Positions 1-15,875 are shown, numbered from the stretch's first letter. The stretch is DNA of 64,000 nt from Octopus vulgaris (GCA_951406725.2 OX597819.1:19158001-19222000), one strand, 5' to 3'. Numbers and translations: made by a program. Notes: generated from the letters alone by a model not told the origin.

Positions 1-3000
1 GTTATTTCTGTAGTTCTACGCTGAATATTAGAATTCTTGCTTTAACTTTCTGATTCTACTCTTCTCAGTGGAAGCGAATTCACTAATTGGCTACATAGAG
101 AGTTTTTGAGAAATATTGAGCTTCAGGGGTCAATTACACGAAAATTGATTTCTTTATGTGTTTAAACAAGACGCTTTCTAGCACAGTGTGTCAGTTCGGT
201 GAGTTATAAGTGGAACGAGACAAACATTTCAAGGGGAATGCGAACAGCGTTGGCTGTAATGAACTAACACCCTTAAAGCCAAAGACACATATTTCAACTC
301 TTAGCTTCACACATTAGTTATTTGTTGTTGCTGTTGTTGTTGTTGAAATGTGCTAATCAGAACAGTAACTTTTGATATAAACAGTCTTTCCCAGCAACGA
401 TTCCATGACTTCGTAGCGAAATTGAAAATAACTGGATAAAAAAAAATGGCAAATTCGCACACGTAAACACACATATATAAAAGTAACCACAAAGACATAT
501 ATATTTCTCACTGTATATGAGTATGTGCATGTGTGTGTGTGTGTCTCTATATGTATCCCTGTGTGTGTGCGCGCGAAAGTATGCGTGTGTGTTTCTGTGT
601 GTGAGAGTGTGTGTGTGTGTTTAGCATAGAGACGATAAAGAGCAGATTTTGAGGATGACATGGTTATGAATTACACAGTTTCCATTCTTTAACTCTCGTC
701 ATTATGTTGTACACCTTGGCGCTTCCGACGGAGTAATTTTTTTTCTTTTCGATCCCCAGTCAGCGATTATTGATAATAGCCGATCCGTTCATGATAATAA
801 AATTGTTACTAAAAGCTGCACAAATGTCAGCAAAGTATGTATAGTGAGGCTGTTCTGACGATTGCTAATTACAGTAATCATAACTCATTCACTTCTGAAG
901 GTAGTTTTATTTCGGGTACCTCTATATATAGTTTAATATGAGTTTGATAATATTGTGGCTGGAATTTATTGAATTCTACATATAAAGCTTAATCGTCATC
1001 TTTGTAATTGCGAACGTTACGATTAATCTTAATGATGAGGTTAATCTCAACATTGTGCTACTAAAAGACAGTATTTTTATTGCTATTTCGTTTTCTGATG
1101 ACAATAAAAATAACTGAGTTGTCTCCCATCATTCCAAAACCAAGAACACTGAATACTTAATGATTAAAAAGATTGTTACGGAATTTATATGGGTTTTTTT
1201 ATTAGATTTTATTCTTGTCAGTGACTGCTTACACCTTCGTAGGTTTGGCGTTTGATAACATAACGACTTTAAGGAGTTAGGCTAATGAGGTTGTAGCCAC
1301 TTCGATACACACTGAAAGCGGTGGAGAATAGAAGTAAAAATGGGATTAAGATTTACACTGGATATTAAGTGATAACTATTTTACTACATATCAAAGCTGG
1401 GAACTGACGCACTTCATTATCGAATCCAATATGAAATGCATTTTTATTCTTGGCATTCAGTTCCATATATTTTTTCAACAACAACAGAAACACACCTTTC
1501 ATATTGCCTACATGTGCTTTTGCTATCACATTTACTGCCGTCATCGCCAGAAATAGAATTTGTGATAGAAAATATTTTGTTGTTAGGGTTCTTAGTTAGA
1601 CCGGCGAGCACTGTGGCTAATCCAACAATATATAATTTATGACGATTTTTACCTTCCTACTAACAACCGTACAACCCTTGAAGTCTCATTATTATTTAGT
1701 TTGTACTAATAGCCGTTCATTCCTCCATCTGAATTATTAACAATACTTCATTCCCATATGAATATTTATGCTCTTCTTGTCGTTCTAGGCATAACGTGTG
1801 GCCGAATCCTGTTCACATAATTGTGCTGGGTGACCGTTGACATCCTACTTGACGAGGCGGAAGGAAATTATGGGATTTTGCTTTCATATTTACGACAATA
1901 AGTTAGTTCTGACACCCGTTATTTAATCCCGAAGTTGACATTGCGAATTAACCTTAATTTTTGTAGTTTTCTCAGTTAAGTTTAAAATTTCATATGTATA
2001 TAAATCACATCTAGCTCAAGATGATTTCGATGCCATTCTCTTTCAAGCAGAAGGAAGAATGCAAACCTTTAATATATTTTTTCCGAATGTGAAACCTCAG
2101 GACCAAATTAATCTAACCTCAAAAGCTTTCTTTCGCTCTAAAACGCACAGAAGAGTTGAAGGAAATAACACATTAGTTATTAAGAAAATTATATTAGAGG
2201 TTTAACAATCACAATGCGATAACCATTTCAGAAGAATAGATTTGATATCTAATTAACAGATATTTTTGTGAAGAACGAATAAATATTACGTATTTATGAT
2301 GGAGGGTTTAGAAATATATTCTCTTCTGCAACAAGTGGCATCATAGCGGCTCACCTTTGATATAAATTCAAAAGATTACAATTTGGCTGTACATAATTCC
2401 AGGAGAAGCATCGTAATTGTTGCTTCATACAGATTAAGATATTTTTTTCTAAATGTTGGCTAAATATCATGGAAACGAAGTTGTGTTCCCAATGGAGAAA
2501 ATGATGGAAGATTCTTAATACGGCCTTTAAATCTCTTTTTCACTTGAGAAAGAACTTCTTGTTTTGCGTTCTCTTTGATGTTCAATTATCTGTCTGGTCT
2601 GTACTTGAGATTAATCAATATGATATGCTTTACTTTGGAAGATGTCTTTTTCTGCACGTCCAATTTCGTGACTGGTTTGTCATTGCGCTTTGTATAGATC
2701 TGACAGAAGATTCAGAATTTTATAACAATAACAGAAAGATAGAAAAGCCCCGAGGCTTACAAAATCTGTCCAATAACAGACTATCAACAGATGGAATGGA
2801 ATTGGGTCACGAACCAGTTCACAAAGTACAAAATTCAAGAAACATCAACTCAACGAAGTACAACAACTATATACGGGGATGTGTGCGTGTGTACTTGTGT
2901 ATAAATACGTGTTCTGCTATGTGTGTGTATGTGTATGTTCCTGTGTATGTTTCTGTGTGTGTGTGTAAGTGTATGTTTCTGTGCCTGTTGCTATGTGTGT

Positions 3001-3299
3001 GTATGCATATTTCTTCCTTGAGAGCAGAGGATTTAAACGAAGTTTGAGGTGAAGAGATTTCAAGGGAATCACTTCGAAAGTTGTTGCAAGATTCTAAGAA
3101 ATCTCCCACAGTTTTCTCTGGCTGAAGAGTAAAAGAACCCCACAAAAACGTGCTTTTGAATACGAGGTTTGAAGCCAGTGAACAAGAACACACACACACA
3201 CTCAAATACATATATGAGTAGCATATATGTACATGTGCGTGTGTGTGTGTGTGTTTGCGTACTGGGAGACGAATAGAGTACATAGTATTACATTAAGAG

Positions 3300-3850
3300 A
3301 TGGTTTCAAAGAGTGCCTGGAGTACATTTGCAGCGCGCCGACAGTTCGGAGTACATGGTTGAACGCGCAGTGAGAGCCGGCAGTGAGCTGCATGAAGCAG
3401 TGTGCCGAGTGACATTGCTGTGCTCATTTTGCAAGTTGTCAAATTTGTGTTTTTGTGATCACGTTTATAGTGTAGTCTGAGACTGTTGTCATGGACAAGA
3501 AGCTGGGATAAAAAGTCAACCTGAAATTTTGCTTTAAACTTGGGAAGTATTCTACAAAGACATTGCGCATGCTTTTTACAAGCTTATGGTGTCGAGACAT
3601 TGAGTCGTACGCCATGTTTTTTGTGGCATGAGCGTTTCAAAAGCTGGAGAACGTCCCTAGAAGACGATGACAGATTATGAAGACCTGTCAGGAGCGTCAC
3701 GGATGGATATAGAGAGAAAAATTCATCGTGTGTATGAGGATCGCCGAAGGACAATCAACGACATTGCTGATGTTGTTGGTCTGTCGTATGGGTCCATGCA
3801 GGTAACCATAAAACCTGAATTGTCTCCGCCAAGTTTGTTCCTCACCTGCC
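3300..3850 (+). mobile_element. Mariner transposase 5' fragment (degenerate)
   Basis: From 3491 translates MDKKLG*KVNLKFCFKLGKYSTKTLRML..AYGVETLSRTPCFLWHERFKSWRTSLEDD, then EDRRRTINDIADVVGLSYGS. These are the mariner N-terminal HTH motifs, with stops and frameshifts. Truncated before the catalytic domain. Confidence 0.85.
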
Positions 3851-4170
3851 GACATATATATATATATATGTGTGTGTATGTGTGTGTGTATGTATCTATG
3901 TATATGTTTATCAGATTGTGATCATGTATGTGTGCGTATGCTGTGTCTGCGTTTCTGTGTTTGTATAAATAAATACGACGAAAAATTTCACTTTTTAAAT
4001 TGCAATTTAATAACCCAATTTTGTTTAGCGAAATTATATGAACTGAGATGTCAGTTACCGCCGATTTAGTACTGATGTCTATCAATCAAATCTCTACAGG
4101 ACTGCATAAACACACACGCGTGCGCACACCCATACACACACATTCACGTATTTGGGTTTTTTTTCATTTC

Positions 4171-4215
<45 letters not shown>

Positions 4216-5620
4216 GGTAGAACATAGAATGAAAAACGTATTCGAATTGTTAAATTTATCTTCATCACAGCATGAAACTAGTATATAATATTTTTTTCTG
4301 TTTCATTTTCCGTTGCTATTTTGGAATGTTTGTGTGGGTGTTTTCTGAAGATGTGTCCCTTTAAAGAGAAAGACATGCACAAGGAGTCACACACACAAAA
4401 GCAAACTTCTACACACAGAGAGACACGAGCACCCACAACCACACAATATGAGGGCCCCTATCAAATTATCTTTGAAATCTGTTGGACAAGATGGCAGCCA
4501 GCTCTGAAAGTGTATTGTAATAAGCTCAAAGTGAAAATCACTCTAGAAGATCCTTATTAAATCTTCCCCTTTATTTTGGTATAATAACGGATAAACTAAT
4601 AGCTACGTGATTGAATCAATAAATTTAATTAAATTTTAATATCAGTACTATGATTAATGCTAATAATATTAATACAGCAGTTATCATTTTTATGATACAT
4701 TGCAAAAATGTAATAAAGATTATTGGATCAATGAAGTTGAAAGGAATAGAAATGCTTGAAGACACAGGGAGACTCAAGTTGTTGAAACGTGTATTGAGTG
4801 GGGACACCCGTTTATTATCTTTACACCCAGGTTTCAATTAACCCTGAACCGCAGTACTGGCGGCGAACACATCTATGAGCTGTATATATTTTCCAGAGGT
4901 AGAAGACGCTCTAGTAAAATTTGCAGTCAAAGTAGTGGCGGTTATCTTGTATTGCTTGGCACTGGAAGCAACTTTGGTGAGCGAGAGGGTGGAATAAGTG
5001 TGGCATAATCTTTTCCACTTTAAATCATATGAAATACGCATGTATCACTATTGATTTATTTCTGGATCCCATTGTACCTTATAATGACCTATGGCTATGG
5101 ACACGTGAAGACGTGAATAGCTGCTCACATACCAAACCCTGTGCCGAACAAAAAATTGGGCCTGGATTTTCAGACAGAAAACGAAAGTTCAAAGTATATA
5201 CACACCCGGGTGCACACACACACACACATACGCACACACACACACACACACATTCACACTCACACATAATGTGCATGCTTTTGTGTTTGTCCTCCGTTCC
5301 CACGTGAAAATAGGTGTTGGTTTGTTTAATCGTAACTTAGCGGTCCACTGCAATGAAAACGACAGAATAATTACCAGGTTGAAAGATGTCAGCAATGGCA
5401 TCGATTTCTACGGCAGAGTATTTCTAGGTTGTGTCCCAGCATAGATACCGCCCGAGGTATGAAACGATTAGGAGATAAAAGTCAGGAAGATATAAGTATG
5501 TATATAAGTGTAGGGAAGTATGAATATGCATTATAGTATCTATATGTAGAGGTTTGCATGCGCATGCACACACATATATGTATACGTATATATATCTATA
5601 TATATATATATATATATATA

Positions 5621-5686
5621 ACGGGAAGCTTTATGAAAATAGACAAAAGGCGAAGGCAGGTGGAAAACAAAAGAACAATTGTATTA
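5621..5686 (-). mobile_element. Truncated Penelope-like terminal-repeat (pLTR) end
   Basis: Near-identical to 52281-52346 (acgggaagctttatgaaaatagacaaaag..gaaggcaggtggaaaacaaa..aacaattgtatta). Abuts (TA)n in the same way. Confidence 0.8.
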
Positions 5687-5942
5687 CAGTCTCTTTTGCC
5701 GAACCGCTAAGTTACGGTGACGTAAAAAGACCAGCATCGGTTGTGAAGCGAGGTTGGGGAAACTATCACGGATACACAAACACACACACACATGTATACA
5801 TATATATATACATACATATATATGTATATATGTATATATATATATGTGTGTATATATATCCATGTATATATATATGCATGCATATGTATATATGTACATA
5901 TACATATGCATGTAGTTATGCACATAGAGACACACACACACA

Positions 5943-5979
<37 letters not shown>

Positions 5980-6065
5980 AAGCAGTTAGATAGCAAGTTA
6001 GATACATAGATGCTTAGACAGATCAATAAAAACATTCATAGATATGTATGTATATATATATATAT

Positions 6066-6169
6066 AATTTTAACCTTCCTATGATATGCAATTTTCAAGA
6101 TGGTGTAATTTGATTGTTCATTTTGATTCGATAGAAGGTGGGTTTTTCTCTAATATTTAATGTGTAAGC

Positions 6170-6226
<57 letters not shown>

Positions 6227-6287
6227 CATTGAAGGACGCATCTTTCGATTTACAATCTAATATAGTAGAACATTTAGTGTATGTCTG

Positions 6288-6338
<51 letters not shown>

Positions 6339-6540
6339 GTGTGTGTATATATGTGTATTGCCTGTTATATACATTATATTATATTATTATCTTTATAATT
6401 TACTTCCATCTTTACCTTTTAATTGTCACTTTAATTTTAACTTTCCTATGATATACAATTTTCAAGATGGTGTAATTTGGTTGTTCATTTTGAACTGATA
6501 AAAAGGTTTTTTTCAAATATTTTATGTATAAGTATGTGTG
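6066..6540 (+). repeat. Local direct duplication of about 110 bp (6066-6175 and 6432-6540)
   Basis: taattttaac(c/t)ttcctatgatat(g/a)caattttcaagatggtgtaatttg(a/g)ttgttcattttg occurs twice. Confidence 0.8.
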
Positions 6541-7014
6541 TGTATATATATGTATTGGTATAAATATCAACACACAAAAATATTTTTTTCTTCTTCTCCA
6601 CTTCCTCCCTTATTTTTATTTACTTTTTATTAATTTTTTTATTTTTTATTTTTTATTTTTTTTATTATTTTTTTAATTTTTTTTATTTTTATTTTTATAT
6701 TTATTTTTATTTTTATTTTCCCTTTTCTCTTTTTATCTCTCTCCCTTTCTCCAAACACACAGAGACACACACACACAAACACACACACACGCACACAAAA
6801 ACACACACGGACACACAGAGACACACACACACACACACACCTCCACAAAACGATCATAGAAAGTATGACCCCAAATGACATTTGTCCGGCCAGTCTACCC
6901 ACACCACACACTCAGTGACACCAGAATAGACAGAGAACCAAAATTCTTAGAAAACCATAGCGGGTCCAGCAGGCCAACGGAAATACTTCTTCATCCCTCT
7001 CAGATACAAACGCA

Positions 7015-7087
<73 letters not shown>

Positions 7088-7477
7088 ACACACACATACA
7101 CACGCACACACACATACACATACACACATGTTTTCTCTGTCTCACTTCCTCCTCACCCTCTTATACTGTCTTATTCCTCCCCACTGCTACGAAACTCCAT
7201 AAAATGTTCAAATTCCCCACAAAAGAATTGATTTGATTTGAAAACCCCACTGGATTGGGAGAAAGCGCTAATAATCCGAATGATATGATCTGAATGATAT
7301 GATAGATATATATGTAAAAAATGTAATATATAAATAAATATCTATAAATATGAACCACCCGGTCTGATTACCTCATTTTTTCTAATATATATATATAATT
7401 ATGTGTGTGTATGTATATATATATATACATATTTTCTTATATGTATATATATTCTTTTATTTTATTCTCATATTTGT

Positions 7478-7712
7478 ATTTCAGTCATTTGATTGTGGTC
7501 ATGCTGGACCACCGCCTTTATTCGAGCTAATGGACCACATGATTTATTCCTTGTAAGCCTAGTAATTATTTATCAGTCTCTTTTGCCGAACCGCTAAGTT
7601 ACGGTGACGTAAAAAGACCAGCATCGGTTGTGAAGCGAGGTTGGGGAAACTATCACGGATACACAAACACACACACACATGTATACATATATATATACAT
7701 ACATATATATAT

Positions 7713-7775
<63 letters not shown>

Positions 7776-7941
7776 AGATGGGATTCTTTCGGTTTGTATC
7801 TACCAAATCCACTCACAAATAATTGGTCGGCCCTAGGCTATAGTAGAAGCCACTCGCCCAAAATGCCACGCAGTAGAACTGAATCCGGAAACATGTGGTT
7901 GGTAAGCAAGCTACTTACCACACAACCACTCTTGCACCTAT
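7478..7941 (-). mobile_element. tRNA-derived SINE, family B, with internal microsatellite and GGCGGT..CCAGCATG..C.CA..CAAATGACTGAAA tail
   Basis: Minus-strand head taggtgcaagagtggttgtgtggtaagtagcttgcttaccaaccacatg carries Pol III box-like motifs. Homologous to 58815-59159, and in part to 24642-24790, 27645-27845 and 39280-39415. Confidence 0.8.
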
Positions 7942-7949
7942 ATATATTT

Positions 7950-7982
<33 letters not shown>

Positions 7983-7989
7983 CTTATAT

Positions 7990-9240
7990 ATATGAGAAGA
8001 AACCCCAAAGTAGCCGAGAATTCGCTACAAGTCCATTGTAGTTCTATCTCCCGCCGTTAGTAGCCACTTGATGCAACCCTCAGACACCAATCTTCCAACT
8101 AGCATCGTCCACTGAAGCCATACCGTCACGTGCTACGTCTTAGTTTTGCAGTGTTTCTATCCCTATTCGTCAATTTTTGCGATGGCTGTAACGAAGGAAC
8201 AGTGCTTCCTGGAAATTCTGTATGCTTTTGGAGTAAACGGCGGCCACAACAGTTATCATGCTTCAAAAAGCTTCCATGGACGCTGTTATGAGCAAAGCAC
8301 AAGTTTACAAATGGTTTCCATACTTGAGGAATTGTCGCTTGCATTTGAAGATGAAACTCGTTCAAGGTGACTGTCGATCGTCCGAGCGAATGAAGACATC
8401 TCGAAAATTAATGAAGTTGATCTGAGAGCTAAGTCGCCGATCAAATGACGAACTGTTGATATGACTACTGTGTCGTGGAGCTTCTACCAACGAATTTTGA
8501 GCGAAGAATTCCGAATGAAAAGAGTTACAGCAGAATTTGTGCTTCGCTTACTCACGGAAGATCAAAAGCACTCACGACTGAATGCATGTCGTGTACTGAA
8601 AGAACAGTTGGAAGTGGATTGGGACCTTTTTTCGAAAATCATCACTGGTGACGAAATCTGCTGCTACGGCTACAACTCGGACCGAAGCAGTAATCAAGTC
8701 AATGGAAGTATTCTATGTCACTGCACCACCGAATATCACGTTAAGTGAAGTCCAATGCCAAGAGAATGCTGATGTGTTTTAGCGATGCGAAATGAATTGT
8801 CCGCACAGAATTTGCTCCTCCTGGTCAAACTGCTAACCACACATATTACGTGGTATTTCTGAAGCTTTTGTGAGAAGCGGTGAGACGAAAACGACCCAAC
8901 CTGTAGCAAAGTAGATTGTGATGGTTTCATTACGACAATGCTCTTACGGGCACTGCTTTGACTGTAAGACAGGTTTTGAACAAAAATAGCATGACCCCGC
9001 TTCCCACCCTCACTATTAACTCAATCTTTGGTCCCTATGACTTTGTGGGAGTGTTACCTCATCGCGTAAAATCCGTCAAGGGAAACATTTTGCAGATGTG
9101 GAAAAGGTGAGGATAAAAAAGACGGAGGGGTTAACAAGCATCATGTCAGAAGAGTCCCAGGATTGCTTCGGACAACGGAAAACGCGTTTGAACCGGTGGA
9201 TTGCTTCAAATGGAGAATATTTTGAAGGCGATAAGGGTAC
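7990..9240 (+). mobile_element. Near full-length degenerate mariner element
   Basis: Frameshifted transposase: MSKAQVYKWF (HTH), MKRVTAEFVLRLLTEDQK..R, IITGDEICCYGY (first catalytic D), WFHYDNA (second D), C-terminal RWIASNGEYFEGDK. Confidence 0.9.
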
Positions 9241-9382
9241 ATGGACAGACAACAATTTGTGCTGCTTTCATGCAATGAATTAATATGATTATATATAAAA
9301 TGTGTTTTTGTTTTCTAAGGTGAGATAAGAGACAACATATAAAATTTGATCCCATACATCAATTATGTAATTACATGATTCT

Positions 9383-9420
<38 letters not shown>

Positions 9421-9849
9421 CAGAGAGAGAGAGAGACTGCTTAATGCAGCCGAACGTCCTCTCAACGATGATCAAAATCAATTTTGATTGTCTCATTTAT
9501 AATGTTGCTGTAAAAATGTACCTAATCCTACTTCAATCACGAGATCTTGTAAGATTTAGAGAGCAGCATTGTTGAGAGGGTTCTGCAAAAACATAGTGAA
9601 CATGATGCAACATTAATAACGGTTGCTATGATGGGAGGGTGGGGAGAAGGAGACTAGTTGCGGGATGAAGTAAGAGTTGATGAAGAGGATGAGGGAAGAA
9701 AAAGCAAGCGGAGCTGAATGTAGAAGTTTGAGTAGGATTAAAAGACGGGGGTGGGGGTTGAAGATTATGAAGTAGAAAATGGAAAAGAAAGAAAGAAACG
9801 TACAAAAGGGAAACCAACCGAAAGGAAATGCAATAAAGTAAGTGAGAGA

Positions 9850-10010
9850 AAAGAAGAAGAAGAAGAAGAAAGAAGAGAGAAGAAGAAGGAGAAGGGGGGA
9901 GGAGGAAGAGGAGGAGGAGAAGAAGAAAGAAGAAGAAAAAAAGAAGAAGAAGAAGAAGAAGAAGAAGAAGAAGAAGAAGAAGAAGAAGAAGAAGAAGAAG
10001 AAGAAGAAGA
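9850..10010. repeat. (GAA)n microsatellite
   Basis: Directly visible. Source of the poly-K/E/F/S/L ORFs. Confidence 0.95.
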
Positions 10011-10055
10011 AAGGAAATAAGGAAAATAACGGTAAGAATGCAGAACATTTATATT

Positions 10056-10125
<70 letters not shown>

Positions 10126-12494
10126 TATATGTTTGTAGAAGGTTGAAAAGGAACACACGAGTTGACACAAAGCCGACATTTTCTGTCAGAACATGAAACT
10201 TTCGTGGTTTTTTTGCTTCTCTTATCAAGTAGCTATTTCCTGTTTCTGGATATCGAACGCATAACCTTCTAGTTGTGACTTAATGTATCTATCCCAGGTC
10301 TAGTATTTGCTACACTTCCTGCCAACGCCGTTCTTGCCCTCTTCCCTACGGGTTAGGCACACACGCATAGCATTTTGCTGGTGTGATGCATGTTTCTATG
10401 CTTATGCTTATATACATGCATGATATGTACGTACGCATGTATGCATGTATGCATGTATGTATGTGTGTGTTTCTATGCTTGTATGAATATATGTGGGTGT
10501 GTATTCGTACAGCATTGCTTAACCAGAGAGAGGGAGAGAGGTCAGCTCACATTAGTTTACGTTCAACATTTTGTAGCCATGTATCCGGGTGGTGGATGCA
10601 GTATATGTCTAATCTCATTATAGGAATTGTTAGCCGAATCTGCCAAACAAACCAGAGAGCGTCATCATTCGTTCTAACGCAAAACCATTTTCATTTCTGA
10701 TACATTATATGGAGTAACCTATGCAAGTCACTTCTAATCTTTTCAACTGGTGCTAATGTATCGTACCCATGCGGTGTCGTTAATTCCTCAGAAACTGATA
10801 GATATTCTAGCTATTGTTACTTTCGACAAAACAAAATTTCTGGCTAAATACTCGATTCCTTAGGATTGGGTGGTTCTTTTTTATAGACGGAAGGATTATG
10901 CTCTTACGTCTTCTCAATCAAAACTAATCTGAATACACATAAAATCCACAGCAATCCTTACTTTTATCAACCATTGAAGCAGCAGAAAGAGTTGAAATGG
11001 TTCGAAGCGAAAGCAGCAGCTGCAGTCAATAGTAGAGACGATAGTTTATTTCAGCAGAGTCAGCGAAAGGACGTTAACTCTATAAGATTACGAAATAAAA
11101 CTATCCCAATGATGCTTGTCAATGGATTGCGCGGAACGTTAATGAAATGTTTGCATTCTGATTGAAGTTTCTTGTTATAGGAACGAAACGTGGGACATTT
11201 ATGTTCATAATGGTATATATATCAACATACTTATAAGAGTGAATGCATGTCTCTGTAAATAGATATGTAGTCTTTTATTTTTAATTATTCGAGGTTTTGA
11301 AACGTAGAAAATAATAACAAATTCACATGTTGAACTTGAGAAAATTTTGTTTTTGCTGTTCCTGGTTATAGATTGTTATTGTATTCCGAGTGCTTGCTGG
11401 TAGATTTCCTTTTAGTGAAAACCTCTGCTTATCCAGATTGTCACATATGTATTTACTTACTGAATCAAGTGCGTCAATTATTATTAGTATAAACGTGAAT
11501 TTATAACCTGAGTATGGAGTTTGACGGTTTCGAAGCAGTTTTACGAAGTTACCCTTTTTTCTTCGGTTTTTGAAGAGATATTTACATTAGCGGGGCCACT
11601 GATCCCTGCAACGGTCCATACTTTTCCCGGTATGTCCTAAATAACTATGTCCAGTCGGTTACGGTTACGTGTGCAAAATACTTAGATGGCAAAGTTCCAC
11701 CGATATCCTTTGAGTTCATATGTATATATTCAATAACCCTATCGTTCTAATGCATGCGTTATGTATGTACGTATGCATGTATGCATAATACTATATACGC
11801 TCTAAATTGACGACCTCAGGTTTGCATCTTAAATAGCGTAAATTTTGTGCAGCAGATTAATTTACGAAGAGAAATTCATTGTGCATGTGGCTTTCTGTTT
11901 GTGTTTCTTTAAACCCAAGTGAAACCCTGCACTACCTCCAGTTAAAATAAATGCTTGATATTCAAAGAACCATTATTAACGTGTAAATGTTATGTAAATA
12001 TTCTGAAACAAAGTGTAAATGTTAGAAAGATTTATAAATAAATTTGCAGATCGATTAGAAATGTTTGACATTCTGCAGTGTGGATCAAGTAAGGGCATCG
12101 TCCTAACTTTCACTACAGATGGCAAATGACTGCTTTTCAGAAATCATCCGAGCGACCATTACTGCACACATCTCCGTCTCTCCTTTTGGGTATAAATCAG
12201 GAATATCTCAACCTCTCGAAATATCTCATGTGGAAGATATCTTGTTTGTAATGGAAGCAATCCTGTTTAATGTAGAATCGCTGGATTGTTTCCAAATCAG
12301 AATTGATATTCAAACAATGGTTTGACCGTAGCCGGCAGCAACAGGAGACATATACAATATAATTATTTTTAAGAGCATCAGCTTGATACCGTTTCCTTAC
12401 GTCTGTTTTTCTCTTAAATGTGCCCTGAATCCATTCCAGCAGTTGTCCACACATTGTTAGCATTTTAGTTACAAGTATACAGAAAGATACAGCT

Positions 12495-13622
<1,128 letters not shown>

Positions 13623-13626
13623 TGAT

Positions 13627-13688
<62 letters not shown>

Positions 13689-13773
13689 GTTGTTATTGTT
13701 GTTGTTGTTTTTGTTATTGTTGCTGTTGTTATTATCATTATTAATATTATCATTATTATCATCATCGTCATCA

Positions 13774-13816
<43 letters not shown>

Positions 13817-13849
13817 CATCATCATTTATTATTATTATAAAAAGTATTA

Positions 13850-13917
<68 letters not shown>

Positions 13918-14225
13918 TGCCAGGTGTCTGTGATGAAGGATGTTGTGAGCCATGGTGCACTCATCCCAGACTATTAGATGACACCTTTTAAGTGTCTGCC
14001 CCTGATCTGAGCTTTTGCTGATGATACATGAAGGCATCTAGGATGCTGCTAAATTAAGAGTTTAAAGGTCGAGTGTACTGTCCTGCCACCGGGTAACAAA
14101 GTAGCTGCAATCCCAGAGGAGGTTATGACTACCACGATGTTCTGGTGCTGCCTAACTTTGCAATGGCAAGCTTCGTAATAAATGTTTTTTGTGACTCTCC
14201 AGGGGCATCCAATAAGAAGATTCGT
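13918..14225 (-). mobile_element. Helitron PIF1-type helicase fragment
   Basis: Minus strand gives LLDAPGESQKTF (decayed Walker A), SSGIAATLLPGGRTVHSTFK and LIVWDECTMAH (Walker B), as in Helitron RepHel. Confidence 0.85.
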
Positions 14226-14469
14226 CTCTCTCGTCGTCTCTAATCAAAACTCAGGTAATGCCAGGCCAAGCCGTTCCTTTTCGTATCTTCTGTCTGTAGT
14301 GACTCATGAGCTACTATTGCAAAAACTGAGGCATTAATTGATATATCTAGAAACGTAGTATATATAGGATCGGCTGTAATCTAATGAACACCGAGGTGAT
14401 CTCTACCCAAAACTCAAGTAATGTCAATGGACTTTTATCATAGTAGAATGAAAGGAGGTACCCACCTCG

Positions 14470-15560
14470 TTTCATCTTCGTGGGGCGCTGGAATGACGTT
14501 TAAATTTCTTGGAAATCGGTAATGGCTCAAGCATCCAAGCAAAGATGAACCTGGATGGAATGACTCAAAGGGCGTCTACTCTTATCCTGAAATAATGCGA
14601 TACAAATCTTTGTTGAAATTTTGGGCACATTACAACCTGACTGTCGTGCCTTGCTTATGTTCCTCTCACCAGATTGGAACGCCTGCTATTCTACATTTTT
14701 GTCAAGGAGTGCGTGGCATTGGTCAAAAGTTCCATTTTGTCAACATCCACTGAGTGGAAGACAGGACATGCAGTGTCTGAAAATGCACAGACATGCACTG
14801 AATCTACAGCATCTCCAGGTTTCCTCAAGTTAAGTAGGTGTGGTTACTGTTTATTAGACTGGCGTTTTCACAGCTTGTCTACTCGATTAAACTACACACA
14901 GTCTTTGATGAAGCCTTGACCGAGGCAGGATGTCTGGAATCAAATGTTCAGTGAAGCGCTTACATCTCTCAGTCATTCAAGCAAAGCGGTAGATGGAATT
15001 TCGTCATTCGCGTTCTGGAAGAATTAGGGGTGGGGAAGAATGACAGTGTTCTTAGGGAGTATTCTTCAAGTGAGGAGAATCTGTTGGCTGGTTTGTTCCG
15101 GAAAGCTTTCGGGCTGAGGCTAAATAATAACTTCCAAGAATCTCTAGTATTCTCGAGGTTCCAGGGGTGGCAGCCTGTTCCAGAAAATATCTACAGGACT
15201 AGAAGTCAGCCAACCGTATCTGTGATGCGAGCTGAGCGACGTATATGCTCTTCACGCACTTGTACATTGCTCGAACACTGCTAAATTCTGCTATCGGCCA
15301 TCAGCTGACGCAAGTGGGTTGATTCGGTGTAAAGATCCCATTACCGTCTTTCTTTGGTCAGTAATGACAAGAACTTTTATGTCTCTGGTGGCCATAATGA
15401 AAGTGATTGAGTTGTGGAGAACACTTGAATGGCTGAAAATAGACATCTTCACCGAGAGACAGGTCCTCTTTTTTTCAAGTTTCAACTGTAAAGAGAACTG
15501 AGGCTGGATAGGAAGGACAGGGTCCTAGTAAATTTGTTGAAAGATTACTGAGACTAAAAA
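14470..15560 (+). mobile_element. Tx1/L1-like LINE ORF2 C-terminal remnant
   Basis: Broken frames give ERLLFYIF..VKSSI/CQHPLSG..MHRHALNLQHL, LFRKAFG..NFQESL..QPVPENIYR, and a decayed zf-RVT-like C..LHALVHC motif near 15215-15280. Confidence 0.7.
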
Positions 15561-15754
15561 GGATGGTCCCGTAGCCCTTTTCCTCCAGTGTTCAAATGCC
15601 TTTCTATATTTCTATATTTCCAGGGTTGATGAAAAAAAGGGAGCACAGGGATCGATACAACAGACTTAGCCTTTTGTCAAAAGCAATTGTCAAAAGCAGT
15701 AAGCTGACAGAATCACAAGTGCATAGGATAGATGCTCTTCCGACTCCTTACGAC

Positions 15755-15875
15755 CTGAGCTCAATTGCCACAGAAGTTAACTCTGCATTTCGTCCTTTCG
15801 AGATCGATGAAATAAGTACCAGTCATGTAGCGAGGGGCGATGTACTCGGCCTGCCCTCCCCCTCAAATAGCTGAC
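15755..15875 (-). mobile_element. SINE family A fragment (degenerate)
   Basis: Plus-strand gcatttcgtcctttcgagatcgatgaaataagtaccag is a diverged version of the family A central box; orientation is uncertain for this short piece. Confidence 0.5.

Noticed and set aside
1976-2205. ~75-codon stop-free plus frame after a ttttctcag acceptor-like site
   Set aside because: No recognisable motif, no donor site, and a length compatible with chance.
2383-2440. LAVHNSRRSIVIV, resembling a TIR-domain motif
   Set aside because: Stops lie close on both sides and the other TIR boxes are missing.
10185-10235. Possible hammerhead remnant (minus TTGATAAGAG..CACGAAAGTTTC) after (TA)n; a similar case near 62420-62470
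   Set aside because: Helices and core are too degenerate to support a call.
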